Assembly (NCBI RefSeq): GCF_965232925.1
Contig: NZ_CBDDRA010000001.1
Span: forward strand, 64,001 to 128,000
Direction of reading: 5' to 3'
DNA from: Tumidithrix helvetica PCC 7403
Lineage (GTDB): Bacteria; Cyanobacteriota; Cyanobacteriia; Pseudanabaenales; Pseudanabaenaceae
Length of the DNA stretch: 64,000 nt
The position numbers and the translations under genes are program-made. The notes below the pieces were generated by a model. The model did no database searches. It was not told the DNA's origin and worked only from the letters and a program-made list of their open reading frames with translations. Shown piece by piece: positions 61,405-64,000 of the stretch. Numbering within the stretch: position 1 is the stretch's first letter; every line of letters begins with the position of its first letter.

Positions 61405-64000
61405 ATGTACGATCGGCAGCAATCAGAAGGGGAGCTACAAGAAAGCGAATCACACTTTCGCGCTGTTTTTGAACAGGCAGCTGCGGGAATTTCTTATACG
61501 AATATTGACGGCAGATTTCTGCGGGTCAATCAGATGTTTAGCAACATCGTTGGGTATACGCAGGAAGAATTGCTCTCTTTACGATTTCAAGATATTACTT
61601 ACCCTGAAGATCTAGAACTTCATTTCGTGAAATTGCGCCAACTCAGAGAGGACAAGATTTCCAGCTTCTCACTCGAAAAACGATATATGCACAAGCAAGG
61701 ATTTCTTGTTTGGGTTAGCATCAATGTATCTACTTTAAAGGGTTCCGATTGTGTGGTGGCTGTAATTCAAGATATCAGCGATCGCAAGCTTCTAGAAGTT
61801 TCGCTGAAAGAAAACCAGAGATTTTTTGAGCAGGTAATTAATTCCATTCCCGATCCAGTATTTGTAAAAGATCGAGATCACCGTTGGATTATTCTTAATG
61901 ATGCTTTTTGCCAATTTATCGGACATCCGCGATCGCAACTGTTAGGTAAATCCGATCGTGACTTCTTTCCAAAAGCAGAAGCAGATGTGTTTTGGGAGAT
62001 GGACAATGCTGTATTTGACTCAAGCGTTGAATGTGAAAATGAAGAGCATTTTACAGATGCAAAGGGAAATCCACATTTTATATCCACTAAAAAATCAGTT
62101 CTGATTGATGGTTCTGGTAATAAGGTTCTAATTGGTATTATTCGAGATATTACCAATCGTAAACTGCTAGAGCAAAAGCTCCAAGAGAACGCACAAAAAT
62201 TTCGAGGTATTTTTGAAGATAGCCCCATCGGAATTTTTACTACAGACTTGCAACGAAATTTCCTAGAAGTAAATTCTAAATTTCGTCAAATTGGAGGATA
62301 CACAGAGGAAGAACTTTTATGGTTAAATTTCTTCGATCTCACCCATCCAGATGACATCCAAAATGGATTAGAGCAATTACAAAAATGCCTTCAGCAAGAT
62401 CTTAATACGCAAAAAATTGAGCAACGATTCATTTGTAAAAATGGTGCGATCGTCTGGGTTAGCGTTACTGCGATGGTTGTGCGTGGCAGCGATGGCACCC
62501 CCCTTTATATCATTGGAATGGTGGAAGACATTACAGAATACCGACGGGCAGAAGTTGCTCTTAGAGACGGACAGAATTTTTTAGAACAAGTAATCAACTC
62601 CATTGCTGACCCAATTATTGTTAAAGACACTCAGCATCGCTGGATCATGCTCAATGATGCCTTTTGTCAATTTACTGGGTATCAACGTGTGGAATTGTTG
62701 AATAAAACCGTTTATGATATTTTCCCCAAGGCAGAGGCGGATGTATTTTGGACGCAAGATAATTTAGTTTTTGCCACGGGTGAAGGAAACGAAAATGAAG
62801 AAGTGATGACGATCGCGGATGGTAGCAGTCACATTATTTCTACAAAAAAAACGATGCTCACGGATACCTCAGGCAATAAGGTGCTCGCGGGGGTAATTCG
62901 AGATATTACCGAACGCAAGCGATCGGAAGAGACCTTGCGTCAAAGCGAAGAACGTTTTCGCAGTCTGGTTGAGACCTCCAATGATTGGATTTGGGAGGTA
63001 GATCGAAACAATATATATATTTATTCCAGCCCCAAGATTAAAGACATATTGGGATACACACCAGAAGAAATTATTGGCAAACATCCATTAGAGATGATGC
63101 CAGCAGGTGAGAAAGAAAGAGTTGCTCAAATACTAGCTCCTTTAAATGCAGAGCATTTGCCATTTCAAAATTTAGAGAACACAAGGCTGCACAAAAATGG
63201 CGAGTTAGTGATCTTAGAAACAAGTGCTACGCCGCGCTTTGATGCGACAGGTCAATTTTGCGGTTATCGTGGTATCTCTCGTAATATTACCGATCGCAAA
63301 CGCAACGAAGCTGCCATCAAACAGCAAGCCGAACATCAAAGGCTGATCAATCACATTACGCAACAGATCCGCCAAACCCTTGACCTTAATGAAATTCTCA
63401 AAACTGCGGTAGTTGAGATTCGTAACTCTCTTCAGTTAGACAGGGTTTTTATCTATCGCACTCAGTCAGATGGAAGTAACGTTATAGTAGCCGAGTCCCA
63501 TGCCATAGGCATCAGCTCTATATTAGAAAGTGGGATGGGATGTTGCTTTTATGACGATTTCAAACAGGATTATCTTCAGGGAATGGTCAATATTGTCGGG
63601 GATACCCAAACCGCAGTTCTATCGGAACAAATGCGCGATATGCTGCAAGAAATGCAAGTCAAGTCTCGCATGGGGATTCCACTTTTGTACCTCGATCGGC
63701 TAATGGGAGTTTTAGTTTTACACCATTGCAATCGCAGCTATGGCTGGCAACAATTAGAAATCGATCTACTCTTGCAGATCTCTGGTCAACTTGCGATCGC
63801 GATCCATCAAGCAGAACTTCACCAACAGTTAACTATTCAAAATCTAGCCCTAGAGCAGGCGAAACTTGAAGCAGATGCGGCAAACCTTGCCAAGAGTGAT
63901 TTCTTGGCGATGATGAGCCACGAGATTCGCACACCCATGAATGGCGTAATTGGAATGACTAGCTTGTTATTAAATACCGCCTTAAATGATGAGCAAAAAG
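61405..64000 (+). CDS. Multi-sensor signal-transduction histidine kinase (four or more PAS domains, GAF, HisKA); 3' end beyond the window
   Basis: Repeated PAS cores (e.g. [17 protein letters not shown]..., [17 protein letters not shown]...). A GAF-like region. H-box [15 protein letters not shown] at the window end. Confidence 0.8.
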   Translation, partial: MYDRQQSEGELQESESHFRAVFEQAAAGISYTNIDGRFLRVNQMFSNIVGYTQEELLSLRFQDITYPEDLELHFVKLRQLREDKISSFSLEKRYMHKQGFLVWVSINVSTLKGSDCVVAVIQDISDRKLLEVSLKENQRFFEQVINSIPDPVFVKDRDHRWIILNDAFCQFIGHPRSQLLGKSDRDFFPKAEADVFWEMDNAVFDSSVECENEEHFTDAKGNPHFISTKKSVLIDGSGNKVLIGIIRDITNRKLLEQKLQENAQKFRGIFEDSPIGIFTTDLQRNFLEVNSKFRQIGGYTEEELLWLNFFDLTHPDDIQNGLEQLQKCLQQDLNTQKIEQRFICKNGAIVWVSVTAMVVRGSDGTPLYIIGMVEDITEYRRAEVALRDGQNFLEQVINSIADPIIVKDTQHRWIMLNDAFCQFTGYQRVELLNKTVYDIFPKAEADVFWTQDNLVFATGEGNENEEVMTIADGSSHIISTKKTMLTDTSGNKVLAGVIRDITERKRSEETLRQSEERFRSLVETSNDWIWEVDRNNIYIYSSPKIKDILGYTPEEIIGKHPLEMMPAGEKERVAQILAPLNAEHLPFQNLENTRLHKNGELVILETSATPRFDATGQFCGYRGISRNITDRKRNEAAIKQQAEHQRLINHITQQIRQTLDLNEILKTAVVEIRNSLQLDRVFIYRTQSDGSNVIVAESHAIGISSILESGMGCCFYDDFKQDYLQGMVNIVGDTQTAVLSEQMRDMLQEMQVKSRMGIPLLYLDRLMGVLVLHHCNRSYGWQQLEIDLLLQISGQLAIAIHQAELHQQLTIQNLALEQAKLEADAANLAKSDFLAMMSHEIRTPMNGVIGMTSLLLNTALNDEQK

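Overview
The dense GCGATCGC (HIP1) octamer and the gene content identify this 64-kb window as cyanobacterial chromosome. Most of it is conserved core. Reading from the left: a partial corA, lspA, a small hli gene that the ORF track misses, mnmA, a lytic transglycosylase and arfB. Then comes the ribosomal alpha-operon segment rpsM-rpsK-rpoA-rplQ-truA-rplM-rpsI, which ends in a clear intrinsic terminator. After that are metG, ftsH, cynS, coaDE, ho1, cobH, and at the right edge a multi-PAS histidine kinase cut by the window end.

Three blocks stand out against that background.

1. A second F-type ATPase operon sits at 28.3-35.2 kb on the minus strand. Its gene order is beta-epsilon-AtpQ-AtpR-a-c-b-alpha-gamma, it has no delta gene, and its b subunit is unusually long. 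That is the signature of the N-ATPase, the putatively Na+-translocating form of the F-type ATPase. Immediately upstream, on the same strand, lie a NarL-type response regulator and a CHASE2 sensor kinase.

2. A roughly 10-kb stretch (about 38.2-48.2 kb) is visibly AT-richer and HIP1-poor. It encodes a cluster of hydrolases: a four-helix membrane-anchored protein carrying a GH24 lysozyme and a C39-like peptidase; a glucosaminidase-PGBD-amidase fusion; an astacin protease; an alpha-amylase; and an alpha/beta hydrolase. Most lack signal peptides. A shared ~45-bp motif appears upstream of two of its gene blocks.

3. A sulfide-detoxification locus at 50.5-54.3 kb holds sqr, an ArsR-type regulator, a rhodanese, two DUF2892 genes and a 90-aa Tat-signal fragment of the Rieske protein PetC. 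An RND efflux trio follows.

Smaller items: an orphan hicA-like toxin gene flanked by ~50-bp direct repeats, a family of GTAGGGGCAATTCATGAATTGCCCCTAC palindromes, and a MITE-like element at 9.37-9.63 kb. I saw no tRNA, rRNA, CRISPR array or transposase gene.
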